A DNA stretch of 64,000 nt from Lingula anatina (lineage: Eukaryota > Animalia > Brachiopoda). The translations under genes and the position numbers were made by a program. Numbering within the stretch: position 1 is the first letter of the stretch; each line of letters opens with the position of its first letter. This document shows positions 12,830-25,814 of the stretch, piece by piece. The notes beneath the pieces are model-generated. The model was not told where the DNA came from, searched no databases, and was given only the letters and a program-made list of their open reading frames with translations. The stretch spans positions 7,998,001 through 8,062,000 of the forward strand of contig CM120643.1 of the NCBI GenBank assembly GCA_051362555.1, given 5' to 3'.

Positions 12830-13198
12830 TCACACTCCCTCACACTCCACAGACAGTCGAGAACTGGCAATTCCAAACTCTGTCAACACAGCCAGGTATG
12901 GTGATACTTGGCGAAGGGCTCGCAGAAAATCTTCAAAAGCATCACGACGAAGTTCCCCCGGCTGAGTGTCCAAGTAGGACAAGACGTACGATAGTATAAC
13001 AGACATTTTAAGCTTAGGGTCGGTGATGAAGATAATGTTATAACGCTGTTCTTCGGTCAAGATATAATATCCACGAAGCAGATTCGCAAATGTCTGGATT
13101 TTGTTCAAGTCAGTGAGACTATTTATCAGAGTGAAGAACAATAAAAGGATCCGCTGTCGTTCTGTGGAGTTGGTGTCTACTATCAGTGGTGTAGCCAT
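12830..13198 (-). CDS. Small (122 aa) putative CARD/death-fold-only protein
   Basis: Open frame from AGAATGG at 13198, preceded by acceptor TTTATTTGCAG (13230-13240), with a candidate upstream non-coding exon donor AAG|GTGAGT at about 15225. The segment LLRGYYILTEEQRYNI..DPKLKMSVILSYV..DAFEDFLRALRQVSPYLAVL follows the CARD helix 2-6 pattern (LT.E....I / AF..FL.AL.....LA.L). Confidence 0.6.
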   Translation of the reverse strand: MATPLIVDTNSTERQRILLLFFTLINSLTDLNKIQTFANLLRGYYILTEEQRYNIIFITDPKLKMSVILSYVLSYLDTQPGELRRDAFEDFLRALRQVSPYLAVLTEFGIASSRLSVECEGV

Positions 13199-13847
13199 TC
13201 TCAGCGTTTGGGTATACTCTGGATATATACTGCAAATAAACAAATAAATAAATAAATAAAAAATAAATGAATTATATAAATGAAAAACAAAAAAAAAATG
13301 AAAAAAAAATAGAAAATTAAGATGACTAGTTATAGAGATTGAGTCGTAATCTTACATCATGTTTAATTACCTGCCACGTAAACTTAAGGGCTTTCTTTAA
13401 ATATATACTGAAGTAGAAAAAAATATTTTGTATAATTTGGGATTTGACTAATTATTAACGGGGTTTACGTGAAATACTAGAACCACGATGTAAAGATGGA
13501 TGCATGCATCATGTTTTCCAATCAATTCCATTTCCCCATCAAAATAAACAATGGCTCCCCATAAATACCTAATAACATGAATTATAACTAGAGGAGGGTA
13601 GTATAAAGGATTCGTAAAGGGCATCAAACCTGATTAAAACTTTCGCGGGAATGTCTAAAGGACCGGTCATTATCTAAGTCGCAGAATTTTGCCCGGTGTG
13701 GAGGAAAAAAATGCTTGTGCCCCCCCCCCCCCCCCCCCCAACGAACAAAAAAAAAATAAAAAAATTTCGATACCACCCCTGTTAGCATTCACATTTTCAA
13801 GAATCCTCTTCGGGGTTGATTGAAACAATCAGCTCCCGCCTCAATAA

Positions 13848-14031
13848 AAACTAGAAAAGCACTCCGAGAGCGCAGACCTCCGCCAAGGCAGCGATTTTTT
13901 ATCATTATTGAGTATTGATTGATTATTGATCCGGATCACCACCAAAAACTAATCACTTCTAAGTTAACCCATTTCCCACCTACCCTGAAAATTTCATCAA
14001 AATCGGTCCATAACTTTTTGGCGGAGGTAAA
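13848..14031 (-). mobile_element. Short Helentron/DINE-1-like (HINE) element
   Basis: Subterminal inverted repeat ACCTCCGCCAA...TTGGCGGAGGT, terminal short hairpin (GCACTCCGAGAGCGC), GATCCGGATC core, A/T-tract ends. Confidence 0.65.
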
Positions 14032-14372
14032 TATACGGACTGTGCAAAATTCACATTTTCACTATGGCTTGTATGGCAATTCAAAAACGCCTACATGTAA
14101 ATTGATTAAGTTACTTTTCTAAAATACGACATAAAAATATGTTAACTTTAATGAAAAAGTTCATGTGTCAGTTGAAAACAGAAAACCCTGTTACCTATTG
14201 CACTACAGTAATTGCTTGGACAAGAAAAACCTTTATTATTCGAACAATTTTCCAGGGAAGATACGTTACATACGTTACAGGCTTAAAGCCATGACGCAAC
14301 GCCTCCTGAATTACAGTTAAAACATTAAAACATCAAAAAAAAAAAAAAATAAATAAATAAATAAAAAAATAA

Positions 14373-14407
<35 letters not shown>

Positions 14408-14482
14408 TAACTATAATTATCCACATGACTGAATCACCACGCACGTGTTGGAAAACAACAGCAAATAAATAAATAAATAAAC

Positions 14483-14513
<31 letters not shown>

Positions 14514-14651
14514 ATTAATAATATATCTCCCGAAAAATACATTAGCTACATATGTACGTTTATATCTACGCAAATCTGATGTTAAGTTCCCCATTTTGGA
14601 ATACCATGTTAACCATGTTAAATATTATACATTTAGATGTAGTATCGAGAC

Positions 14652-14682
<31 letters not shown>

Positions 14683-14849
14683 CCATACACACTTTTTAAA
14701 AAATTGAATACAACTTCTTCAAATTTTATATTTTGAGACTTGTCACTTTTCATCTTGTGAAATTCACCTCTACACTGAATGGAATTGAGTTTGGGTGCTA
14801 CATAGATGCCTACATAAAAAAAGGTTATAATATCGATTTTATTATAAAG

Positions 14850-14864
14850 AGGGGGAATCCCCCT
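14850..14864. promoter_or_regulatory. Consensus NF-kB/Rel site
   Basis: AGGGGGAATCCCCCT contains GGGRNWYYCC on both strands. GAAA repeats (IRF-like) at about 14927-14947 and octamer ATGCAAAT at 15317-15324 lie nearby. Confidence 0.45.
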
Positions 14865-16573
14865 GACCGACCTATCTGTGAGCTCCGGTTATTTAAACAC
14901 TTCGACGACTCTTGCGAATGTCAGTGAGAAAGAAACATTTGAAAGTAAATCATAATAAAAACATTGAAAAGTTCTCAAACACACACACAATATATCTATC
15001 TATCTAAATCTATATCTATCTATCTATCTATCTATTCCCGTATGAAAAGTTCACATTTACCAAATTTCACTTCAATGCGCGGATTTGATAAACGTAAGTC
15101 CGTGAGTAGCAGAGTACTTTTATACCTACTGTTTTTTAACTATTTGTTTCTTGATTTTTTATTTTCGAGAATTCGCACAATTTTCCCATGTTTATATGTA
15201 AAATGCTTCCAAATAAACCACTCACCTTGCTGATTTACTTCAAATCCCAACTTCATTCCAAATGCCAAATGCAGAACACGATACATATATGCATAGAAGT
15301 AGAGATTCTATGATATATGCAAATGAGTGTCAACAACATGTCTCAGACCCGAGAATAATCATTGCGTGAAGTTAGTTCTTATAACGAGGCTGACAGGCGG
15401 ACTTTCTAGGCCGTTCTAGGTCACGTACAGCATTTATCGATTTTTCTCTTTTTCTGAGTCTGACCCTGTCCGCAGATTCCGAGCTGCGCGTGCACACTGT
15501 CTGAAGCGACGGCCATTTTCGCACTACTTTCAGCAAAATCGAGTGAAAATGGACGACTTTTGAGCTCTTCGTATTTTCATGTGTATTTTTATCAACAGTT
15601 GATGTGATTAAACGATAGATATATAAAAAGAAGCGGGGATATCTAGGGATTCGCTATTTTAAGGTTAGTTGTCATAAAACATAGATTCAGAACGGTAAAA
15701 TGGAAGATTTATCTACGCGGGTGATTGCAAATGGTGTCCCGTTTCAGGTGTCCGAAATTTTCTATGTAAAGATTTCTATAAGAAGTTTAAAATGTACAAA
15801 TTTTTAAAAACTAAATCATGAAAGCTGGTTAAACTCGCTTTCTGGCGGTATATATATTTTGTAAATTCAACTTTGTCCATTTTTTTAAGCGCGAGGTGAA
15901 CGCCACGCCAAGCACTAATTTTTGAAGCGTATAACATTGGGGCGTTTAAATTATAACAAAATTGCTATAATGTTTATATCACCAGCGTTTTATATAAATT
16001 CTAAAAGCTAAACAAGTGGGCTTCGTGTTGATATGAAATATATGTTGCATTCGGCTCCCATCTGGTTGGCAAAGTGTTGATAATCCCGTGAAGTCGGTGT
16101 AAAAGTTGGCATAACCGATTTTTTCAAGTGCAGTAGGTTACTGTGACTATGTATCGCAGGAAACGCGAAATATTTTCAAACATTTATATTCTCCAGAAAG
16201 ACGAAATCATAAACTTTCAAATGATATATCATAAGGTATGTCTCCTACAATTTTTACCCATTTTGTGTGGGGAAATTAGTGCATCTCCAAAACGACGACA
16301 AAAATGGTACCCCATTTTCATCATAATTTATAGAGTCACGTGACCAACCTGAAGCACTGGCCCGACTTAGCAAGACTACAAGTTTTCTTAAATATTCTGA
16401 ATATCAGAGCAAACAAGTCGCATTAAAATTAAAATACGAACAAGTGCTGTACATCTAACATCAGGAATATTCCAAGAGTTATATACTTCATTCTTAAAAC
16501 ATAAAAAATGGTATAATAGTTATGATCCAATCCACAAGAAATCCAGTGTGAATTTTGACCAATATAGAAAGAT

Positions 16574-19425
16574 CCCAGACAGCCTCAGTAATCTGGCCCA
16601 CGTCTGGCCCAGATCTGGCAACGTCTGGCAATATCTGGGCCAGATTTTGCCAGACACTTGCCAGATCTGGGCCAAGTCTGGCAAAGTCTGGCATTTATGC
16701 CACATTTTGCCAGACACTTGCCAGATCTGGGCCAAGTCTGGCAAAGTCTGGCATTTATGCCACATTTTGCCAGATGCTGCCCAGACTTGGGCCAGATATG
16801 GTACTTTCATTTTCAATTTTTATTTTCTATTTATTTATTTTTTATTGACCAGTGAGCTGAATGCATTGAACTGACATCATTTGATAAATTTTGATTTAAT
16901 TTATCTCTCTCTCTTTTCTTCAAAGTCCCCTCATAAGTGTGCTATTTGTTTAATTTGACTTGACATTTGAATGAATTCACTGTTCTAAAACTTTTTTGAA
17001 CTACTCGTTCCGCTGTTATAAGAATCCGCTTTTTATGCTAAGCCGGTCAAGGACCCGGATGTAGCGTTTCTTAGAGTTATGGATATGAAAAAAGCACAAT
17101 CGTATCAGACTGATACAATTCGTTGAGTGATTTGATTCGTGATGCGATTTATTTCGAAGGCATCAACACTGGCGACGAGGATTAACACTAGTGCAAAACT
17201 GTGAGCCAACTTTCTTTGAAAAAAATGGAGGAAAAATGTGAAATTACGGAATTCGAACCGTACAGAAGTCCGGAGACATTAGGATCACGCTCGACGCGAT
17301 GGCTAGACAGTTTTAACCTCTTCGCTGACGGAAAAGATTGATTTTTTCAAAACCAACGGACGGCATGAATAATGAACAAAGATAGAAATTTTAAAATACA
17401 TGACAGAGGAGACGCGCGCTTGTGTTGTATTCAGCAGGGACAGGTGTACAAGATATTTTCAGGACTCTCCCAAACACAGGTTAGAAACATGAATATACAT
17501 AAGGCAGTTAACGCTTTGAATGAAATTGGAACACCAGAAACTGTGAGTATGATGAAACCGAAGTCATTTGACAAACCAAGCCAGTCTAAACATTACGAGT
17601 TTAGACATGAAAAACGAAGTAGAAACTCCCTGACTGAGAAAACATGGAACGTTGGATCACTTTGCAAAAGTCTGCAAAACTGAAACTATTATTCATGTAA
17701 GTGACAGCTTTGAACATGATAATCCAGGAGTGCATATACATTTGGTGTGGGAACCAATGCAATATACACAGAAGACATGGAGGAAATAGAGGAGGTGTTA
17801 ATCTCAGTGTATTACCAGATTCAGGTGCATATTGTAATATCATTGATGAAAATACATGGAGAATGCTGAAATCCAAGAAAAATAAATGTGGCTCTTGTGG
17901 AGGACCAGAAAACAAACAGTATTATTCATACACGTGTGAGAAACCTTTAAAATTGAAGGGAACATTTGAATGTGACGTAAAGGCAAGCAAAGGAAGAGAC
18001 CAGTAGTAGTGAAAGGACATGGGATTTGATACGAGTTGATTAGTTTTGAGAATTTTCAGTGTGGTTTAAGGAATAAAAGTTGGAGTTCATATGCTATTCT
18101 GCAAATGTTTGAAAAGACATTTTAAAGACTGAACTGTCAATTAACATGTTTTGAAAGGACCGTTTCTCTCCAAGAAAGGAAGGGATGTTGTGTTTTGACT
18201 TGACATTTGAATGAACTTTTGTTAACTTGGTAGAGTTACTTGTTCCATATTGTTGATTCCATTAATAATTATAAGCTTGTCAAGGAGCCAGATGTATCAT
18301 TTCTAAGTGTTATGGATTTGAAAAAAGCGCACGCATTGCAAACTGGTTCAATTCATTGAGTGATTTGATTCGTGATGTGATTTAATTCAAAAGCATTGAT
18401 ACTGGGGTTTGTTTTGGTGCACATATAATTCTCTTTTAATTGTCCATCTATACCTGTGCTGGAGTATACGTATATTTTTTTTTCAGAATTTACATGTATG
18501 TACAGTTCTGTAGCCAGCATGCAAGTTGAATTGAAACAGTTACTGCATGGTTATTTATAATTTTGTTATAACTCTCCATCATCTAAAAAACAATGTTTTT
18601 TCATTCATTATTCAAGATTTATTCATTACAAAACTATATTCATTAGTGATTATTATTATTAATGATATGTTTGAATTAGTTTAAAAATGACAATGTATAA
18701 TATTATTTAGGTTGAGGTGTGCAAAAATATTTCCCCCTCAAACCCCTCCCCCCCCCCCATGTACATGCATAATTAATTACAATTTTTGTAATTTGTGTTA
18801 ATTCAGATTCGATGAGCAGCTTTGTGTTGAAAAAAAATTGTTATAACTGTTTTCTTTGCATGTATGTAAGTGACATTTCCTCCTGTTAAGTGTCTGTATA
18901 TTTGCCTTTTTGCAGTGTAGTTTTTTTTTTTTTCAAACATACATTGTTTTGTACAAAAAGACAAGGAGTGACCCTTAATTTGTTACATGTTAGTTGCCAG
19001 CAAGGTTATATAATGTGTAATAATTTTGATTAGGGTTTTAGCACAGAATAAATACTTGAATCTTGAATCTTGTATGTCTTTTTTATAGTAATCTTATTGA
19101 ATAATTAAAAATGATTAAAAAAAAGAAAAAAAAAAACATTCTGGGCCATATGTGGTCCATGTCTGGCCCTAATCTGGCCCACATCTGGCCCACATCTGGC
19201 ATGCCATACATTTGCCAGATATTGCCAGATCTGGGCCGACATCTGGCCATATGAGCAAATGTGGACTGGGCCAGATGTGGCAATGTCTGGGCCAGATCTG
19301 GCCCAAACATTGCCACATCTGGCCCACATGTGGCAAGCCATACGTGGGCCATACCTTTTGCCAGACATTGCCAGACGTTGCCAGATCTGGGCCAGACGTG
19401 GGCCAGATCACTGAGGCTGTCTGGG
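16574..19425. mobile_element. Non-autonomous EnSpm/CACTA (CMC)-type transposon
   Basis: Ends CCCAGACAGCCTCAGT... and ...ACTGAGGCTGTCTGGG, about 55-bp near-perfect TIR, 2-bp AT TSD, and subterminal arrays of the roughly 10-bp motif GCCAGATCTGG (16590-16800, 19140-19410). Confidence 0.88.
16940..18401 (+). mobile_element. Internally deleted Ty3/Gypsy LTR retrotransposon relic nested in the EnSpm element
   Basis: Diverged direct repeats at about 16940-17168 and 18186-18401, PBS TGGCGACGAGGA (17170), PPT AAGAAAGGAAGGGA (18172-18185), Gag-like RWLDSFNLFADGK, and protease VLPDSGAYCNIIDENTW. Confidence 0.8.
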
Positions 19426-20199
19426 ATATTGCTAGATCTAGTTATAAATAAAACAAGATTTTTAATTGAATAAATATTTACAAAGAAGTACTGGCCTATG
19501 ACCAGGTTGTACCTTTTTAAAGCCTGAAAGGGTTTTGATAAAAAAAATCATTCAACACCGGTTTAATCATTATATTTAGATCTGCACTTCTGCCTTGTTC
19601 TCTTATTTTACTGCTCAAGATTTATTTCTATTTACTAGTACTATTTTTGTCTCTTACATATTAAACTATTTAAAATAAGACCCTTCCAATTATAATTTTA
19701 AAAAATATCCCTAATCTATTTAAAATTTACATTTGTTTTTTTAAAATGCAAAATATTGAAATCTGTGTGATAAGCAAAACTAAGTAAACATTTAAAATTC
19801 ATGTCCTTAAAGCACTGTTCCTGGGAAATGTTCATTCAGCCTCATGAATATGCACTGACCTTGTTAAAAGTTTTTTGGAAACTTTTTGGCTTTAAAATTA
19901 AAGCAGATAACAAGGTTCCAAGAAACTCGTTGGCCAACTTGATCTGTCTATTCTGTGGGCAGGAGAAGCACCTGCCCCAGCAAGTTATGAATATTACTTT
20001 AGCCAAAACTGACATACATATTAAGATCATCCCCGGCCGAAAATTCTTGAATATAATTTGTAATTAAATACATAACAAAGTAAAATGCATTGAAAATTTA
20101 AAAAAAAAAAAAGAAAACTTCAGAATAGAGTATGTTTCAATTTTTTTTATTTCCTTAGAACCTTCAATGGCCAGGTCATTTACCTGCTGGATATGACAA

Positions 20200-20694
20200 T
20201 CAGAAAACTAAATCAACTTTCAAGTTCAAAATTGGGCCGTTTTCCCAGAGTGTCACCTTGCCACCCAGTGGTTGATAGATTCCTTGACTAAATAATCATC
20301 AAAACTTGGCCCCTATAAAACTGCTGTCAAAATTTGGTTAACTTAAGCATAATATTCCCCAAACTTGAAACAAATCCATACACATATCTTTACTTTTATT
20401 CACTATAAACATGCCACCTATGTGCTCTTTAAATGCAGGCCACTCTCAGTGGAAGTCTTTTGGGTCAAATCCCATCCCGTTTAATACTTAAAGAAAGTAT
20501 TGTTCCAGACCTTGTCTGCTATGAGAAAGGTTTCTAGGGTAAACAGTATCCAAGACTCTACAAAACACCATCTCTTGTTCAGTCACACCTGCATCAATAG
20601 CACCATCACACAAAATCGTATGGAAATAAACTTTCCCTGGTCTTGACTAGAACACCTCTTCCCTTATTGTCAGCTGATATGAAATTCGGGAATC
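20200..20694 (-). pseudogene. hAT transposase relic (ZNF862/Tip100-like), internally deleted
   Basis: Minus frame 20550-20619 reads TILCDGAIDAGVTEQEMVFCRVL (first catalytic D motif). It is followed closely by the C-terminal-type PSFDDYLVKESINHWVAR..KRPNF. Confidence 0.7.
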
Positions 20695-20914
20695 TGTTAA
20701 AAAAATATAATATAATGATAAAATTATACATGTATGTAGAAACAAGGAATACATACAAAGCAGATAAAAACTGAAATTTAATGAAAAATCCATAGATTAA
20801 AAAAAAAACTCACCTCATTATCAGTCTCACACCAGTTGTTTATCAAAGTAATTTCTTACCATACTATATAGTATTAATAATTCCTTGGTCCTAGATAAAT
20901 AATAATGAAGTATT

Positions 20915-20958
<44 letters not shown>

Positions 20959-20959
<1 letters not shown>

Positions 20960-21107
20960 AAGCCTGTAGCCAGGGGGGTTGGGGGTTCGAAAGAACACCC
21001 CTTTTTGCTGGAAAAAATGTTTGACCTAGATACATGGGGATTATATGGTAAAAGGTCCACTTTTTCATAAAAAGAACCCCCCTTTGAAACTGCTGGCTAC
21101 AGGCCTG
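20959..21107 (+). mobile_element. MITE family A, copy 1
   Basis: TIR CA(G/A)GCCTGTAGCCAG / CTGGCTACAGGCCTG, 5-bp TSD TAAAC, homologous to 49891-50058. Confidence 0.85.
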
Positions 21108-24100
21108 TAAACACTTAATTACCTTCTGCTTTGTCTAACTGGTATCTTTTCATCATTCCATGCCATCAAGTCCATTCTCATGCTATAGCTTAGGTAGGGA
21201 TAGGTATACTGTCAACATTTCACTAAAACTGAAAAGCACAATGCATAGGTAATACATTTAAAGTGTGCATTGGTCATAAAGTGTGGCTGTGCCTTGACAA
21301 ACTATTTTTTCAAACTTGTTTAATTTGAAGACTTTTTTACTACCAACAATTTCAGCTAAATTGAGAAAAATTGTTTTAAAAATCAAAATATTTAAACTAA
21401 TAATGTAAAACAACTTTGGAACCTGCCCAAGAAAGATCTTCAGTACACCTGTACAGTGTAATGCTGATTGCGCCATGTGCTAATTAACAGGTGTGAGTGT
21501 ATAAACACACACCCTATTTTGGAAAAAGGTCTAGATTCCAACCTCAAGGAAATAGACACAGATCAATACTCAAGTAGGCCTAAACATTTTATGTAAACAA
21601 AGTACAACTATAACTTTGCAACAAAATGTAACATTTCACTGGTACTGAACGTCAACAAGTGCATCTAAACTATGCGAAGGGAGGTTACTCCAAAATCATT
21701 TCTATACATTTCGGCGCTTATATGAAACTTAGTGAACGCAAAAAAAGACTCACCTTTTAGTCTGCAAACCCAAAGCTATGTATCTTGAAAGGCAAACAGT
21801 AGATGTTCCATTCTAAAACCATGTTATGGTCGATCTGCAGCACCGATGTCGTTTTTTCACGTATTATTTTCCATAACAACTCTCACTTTGACAGTGACAC
21901 ATTGTATACTATGAATATACACCTGAAAAAGCTGAACATTCAATTTTTTTATCGAAATGCAAGATTTATGGAGAAAAACGCTCTCGAGTCACTTGCTCAG
22001 TGCAACGTGACAGTCCCTGTTTCGACTGACCTATATACTTCGCACTAAAATAGGGATTTCACAAAAAAGGAAGATTGTACAAAATTTTTATTCTTTTTGG
22101 CTCAATTCCAGCATATAGTGTCATAAATCGTTATAATATCAACAAAGTAAGTTTGTCCATTTTTTCTACAATCAATTCATTTTAGGGTACAAAATTCAAC
22201 GATCAGCTTGAGAAAAATGCGTGTCAGGTAAATTAGCCAGAAATTAAGTCCGTGTAAACAAAAGATGCACTGCCAGTGCACCACTGCACCACTGCGTTTA
22301 CCGCAAAATACCAGGAAATTAAAGTTTCACAGGTGCGTACATGAAATTCTTACATTATTTTTATAAAATTGTAAGGTTTTCTGTGTTTGTTGTGTTAGCT
22401 AGGATTGTGTTCGGTGTGAATCGTGTATGTTCGTATGTGTACGTGGAGGTCAAGGGTTGAAAGACCGCGCCCCATAAAATTTGATTTCCACCTGAGAGTC
22501 GGAAGGAGATGCAGGTTGAATAACTGAAATAGGTATTCCAGTGAGCTTGCAGGTAAGTTTAACTATATTTAATAAAGGACCAATCCATAGTTTAAATTCA
22601 TACATTTCTAATTTTATATATTTATTTTTTTATGGTGTTTTTGGCATTGCTATATTTTTATTTCTTTGTTTTGTCTTTCTTGTCTTTCGTCAGTGTAAAT
22701 TTTGTATATGTAATTGTTTAAAATTAATTTATCTATATTGCTCTTTCAGATATTTGGAGATATTTGGAGATATTTGCAGATATTTGTACAATAACAATAA
22801 AGAAACATCAACCCGAGCTATCGGTCTGTTACAAAATGTAAAGAATAATCGTATCACTTGATTTTTGGGAGCCAATGAAAAAAGCGGAAATTTTACACTC
22901 CGTTATAGGTAAACAAAATGACTCGTTCGACGGACTGGAGCCGTGGAGGGGTATCGTTTATTTAGGAGGCGTGCACATAAATTTGGTGGGTATTTGAAAA
23001 GTATTAAACTAGTCACAACGATCAATATTATCTCAATTTAACTCACTTGAAGTGATTTTCAAGTTTGTGGTCTCTTTATATTTTTATGGAAATTTAAACT
23101 AGGCATAGCTTTGGATGTGGTTTGACAGTTGAAAACTGAAATTATCACACCACAAGCCTTCTTTCAAGTGAAATGTCTCGAAAAGCACTCGGACGATTTT
23201 TTTTCAAATCTTTCAGTAATATTGTTCATATATTTGTTAACAAAAAGTGCCGATGTCACCCGATGGCACCCCTGGATCTTTGGAGTTATAGACGGTAAAA
23301 TACTCCACACCAAATTACGGCCATTTTTGGAGGAATGCGACGTTGCTATGCAAAACCCCTCATTAAAAAGCATATATCTGAAAAAGTAATCAATAGATTT
23401 TTCAAATCTTAATCCGATTTTTTTATGTACCTTTTTACATAATATATAGCCTGCAGGTGACAGCACCCCTGGGTCTTGGGATAAATAGACAATACAATAC
23501 AACATACCAAATTGCGGCCATATATGTTTTTAGTGAATTTTGATCACGCAGACCCCGTCTTTCAAATCAAATATCTAAAAAAGGAATCGGACAATTATTT
23601 TCAAAATTGTCAAAAATGCTGCTTAGATATTAGTTAGCAAAAAATGCCTATGGCACCCAATGACACCCCAGGAATTATAGGCTGTATAGCACTGAATGCC
23701 AAAGTACTGTTTTGGTTATCTCGCAGCCAGTATTTAGAACAATAGTATAATTGCATCTGTATATCACTAACATATTTGCTTGTATTTTAATGTATTTCGT
23801 GCAATCCGCTTGCTATACAAGCGCATTTCCCACAACTGTTGAAGTGCCAGTCATGGTATTAGTCAGTTATAACTACTTGTCATCCACTACCTATGACATA
23901 CAAGAGCCAATTATATATCGACTGTACCTCTATATAATAACTCTCATGTATGCCACATACAGTAATTGGCTCAAGTACATGTCAAATAAACCATTTTTTT
24001 AAATACCGAAGTCTCATTGTATCTTTTTCAGAATGGACTACATGTTTATCTTTGAAATGCTGTGCACTATAAAGGTAGGAAGTAATTTATTCGAATATCA

Positions 24101-25566
24101 TAGTTGTGACTTACATTATGTATGTTCCCATACCTCATTTATGTCATTAACATTGACAAAAAAAATTTTTGCATTTGTTTTGCCTAAACTTTCATTTTAA
24201 TCCTATTATCTAAAAATTGGAGTCATTTAATGAAATCATATTCTAGTATAATGTTAAAAGGTAACTTAGAAAGTTGAAGCTCTGTCCAATAAAATAATAA
24301 TATAAAAAATGAGTTATTTACTGTTTTCATTTCAGAGAATGGAAGCAGCTTATAACCTCATAATGGGATACCCCCTATGGGGTGTAGCTGAAATTAGAGA
24401 CTTGAGATAACAGGAATGATGTAATTGTTACTTCCAAAACCTGTGCCTTCATCAAGTGTGACATTATCATAAACATGATTATTTTTTAATTACTCTGTCA
24501 TCAAATCTTAAATCTATTAGTTTGTCACAATATCAAATCTTGTAACATCTGCATACAGAATTCCCCTCATCTTTTGTAAGTTAAGTTTTGATAAAAATAT
24601 TTCTAACAATAATAATAATAATAATAATAATAATCATAAACTGCACATTTTTTGAAGTGTTTTATTATTAGTTTGTAGCATCCATATTTATATAAACCAT
24701 GTATATAAATTCATTGAAACAAAGTTAGCATAACGTTATGCAAATGCCCCAATAAACAATGCATTGTACACAGTTGTGCAAACATTACTGGGCGAAGACG
24801 CAGGAAGACGTTGCCGAATGCTCTCTTTCGATGTTTACTCTTCGACGGCAAAACATCAAATGACTGACGTGCGTGCGCATCTTTTGACGTATCACGTGAT
24901 ACCCTTCCAACCACCACTGATGTTTCCCAGTGGCTCACAGAAAAAGTACTGGGAGCTATATCAATGAAACTTACATTATCTGAAAATTTGATTTGTTTTC
25001 TACAAAAATGTAAAAAATTTAAAGATACATACAAAGTCAATTTTTTCTCACAGAAACCAACCAAATGCCAGCATATAGTTTCAAGTAGTATAACTAAGAG
25101 AATTACCAAAAGGCATTGTTTAATTTTACCCGAAAATGATGTTTGAACAGATTTTTCTGCTGGTATTCTAAGCTGTATGTCAATGGGGCAAGAAAGTAGG
25201 TCACGGAAGTAGGTTAAATTTACAACCATAAATTAAAGAAAGGAGCAGTCTAAAGGTCTTTTATGGCTGATCGAGTGATCTATTCAGTTTATCCCTTGGC
25301 ATGTCAAATTTATGTGAGTCATATAAGAATGTAGTAGAAGTGGTTTACATGTGTTACTGGGAATCCACGCTCCACCGATGCTCGGTTCGTATGTACCTTT
25401 AAATTTCAATAAACAAAAAGAAATTTTGACACCCATGGCACCGTTACCGTGTTTTGACCCATATATATCATTTGGTTTTCATTTATTCTTTATAAGTTGA
25501 AAAAAAAATTAGTAGGATTTGTTAAGTTTGTGAAAATGAAGAGTAAGAATTATGTCTTGTTACATG

Positions 25567-25738
25567 CAGGGGCGGATTTAGGCGGTCTTCTGGGTCTTCC
25601 GGAAGACGGTCAGATTTTCAAGTTTACATTGACGGGTATTTAATTTTAATTTTTTCTGATGGAAGACGGTCAAAATTGGAGAATGAATCAACAAAAACAA
25701 TTTGGAAGACTCAGTAAATGGTTTTTCATCCGCCCCTG
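25567..25738 (+). mobile_element. MITE family B (CAGGGGCGGA TIR)
   Basis: TIR CAGGGGCGGA/TCCGCCCCTG with flanks ACATG/ACGTG. Other copies at 26581-26748, 31418-31585, 32155-32322, 36630-36740 (reverse, partial) and about 51795-51960. Confidence 0.85.
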
Positions 25739-25814
25739 ACGTGATATCAGTCTTTATTGTCAATGTTATTTCATCCTTCAGCATGCAATAATAGCATTCA
25801 TAATTTTTGTATAG

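Noticed and set aside
15419-16345. Possible TIR element bounded by GGTCACGT...ACGTGACC
   Set aside because: The interior looks TE-like, but the inverted match is only 8 bp and no TSD could be established.
16494-19473. Many overlapping ORFs rich in ARSGP/WQ/LPDL repeats
   Set aside because: They are translations of the EnSpm subterminal 10-bp repeat arrays, open in several frames on both strands.
24711-25229. 172-aa minus-strand ORF
   Set aside because: No recognisable domain, non-ATG start, and it lies in TE-like sequence.
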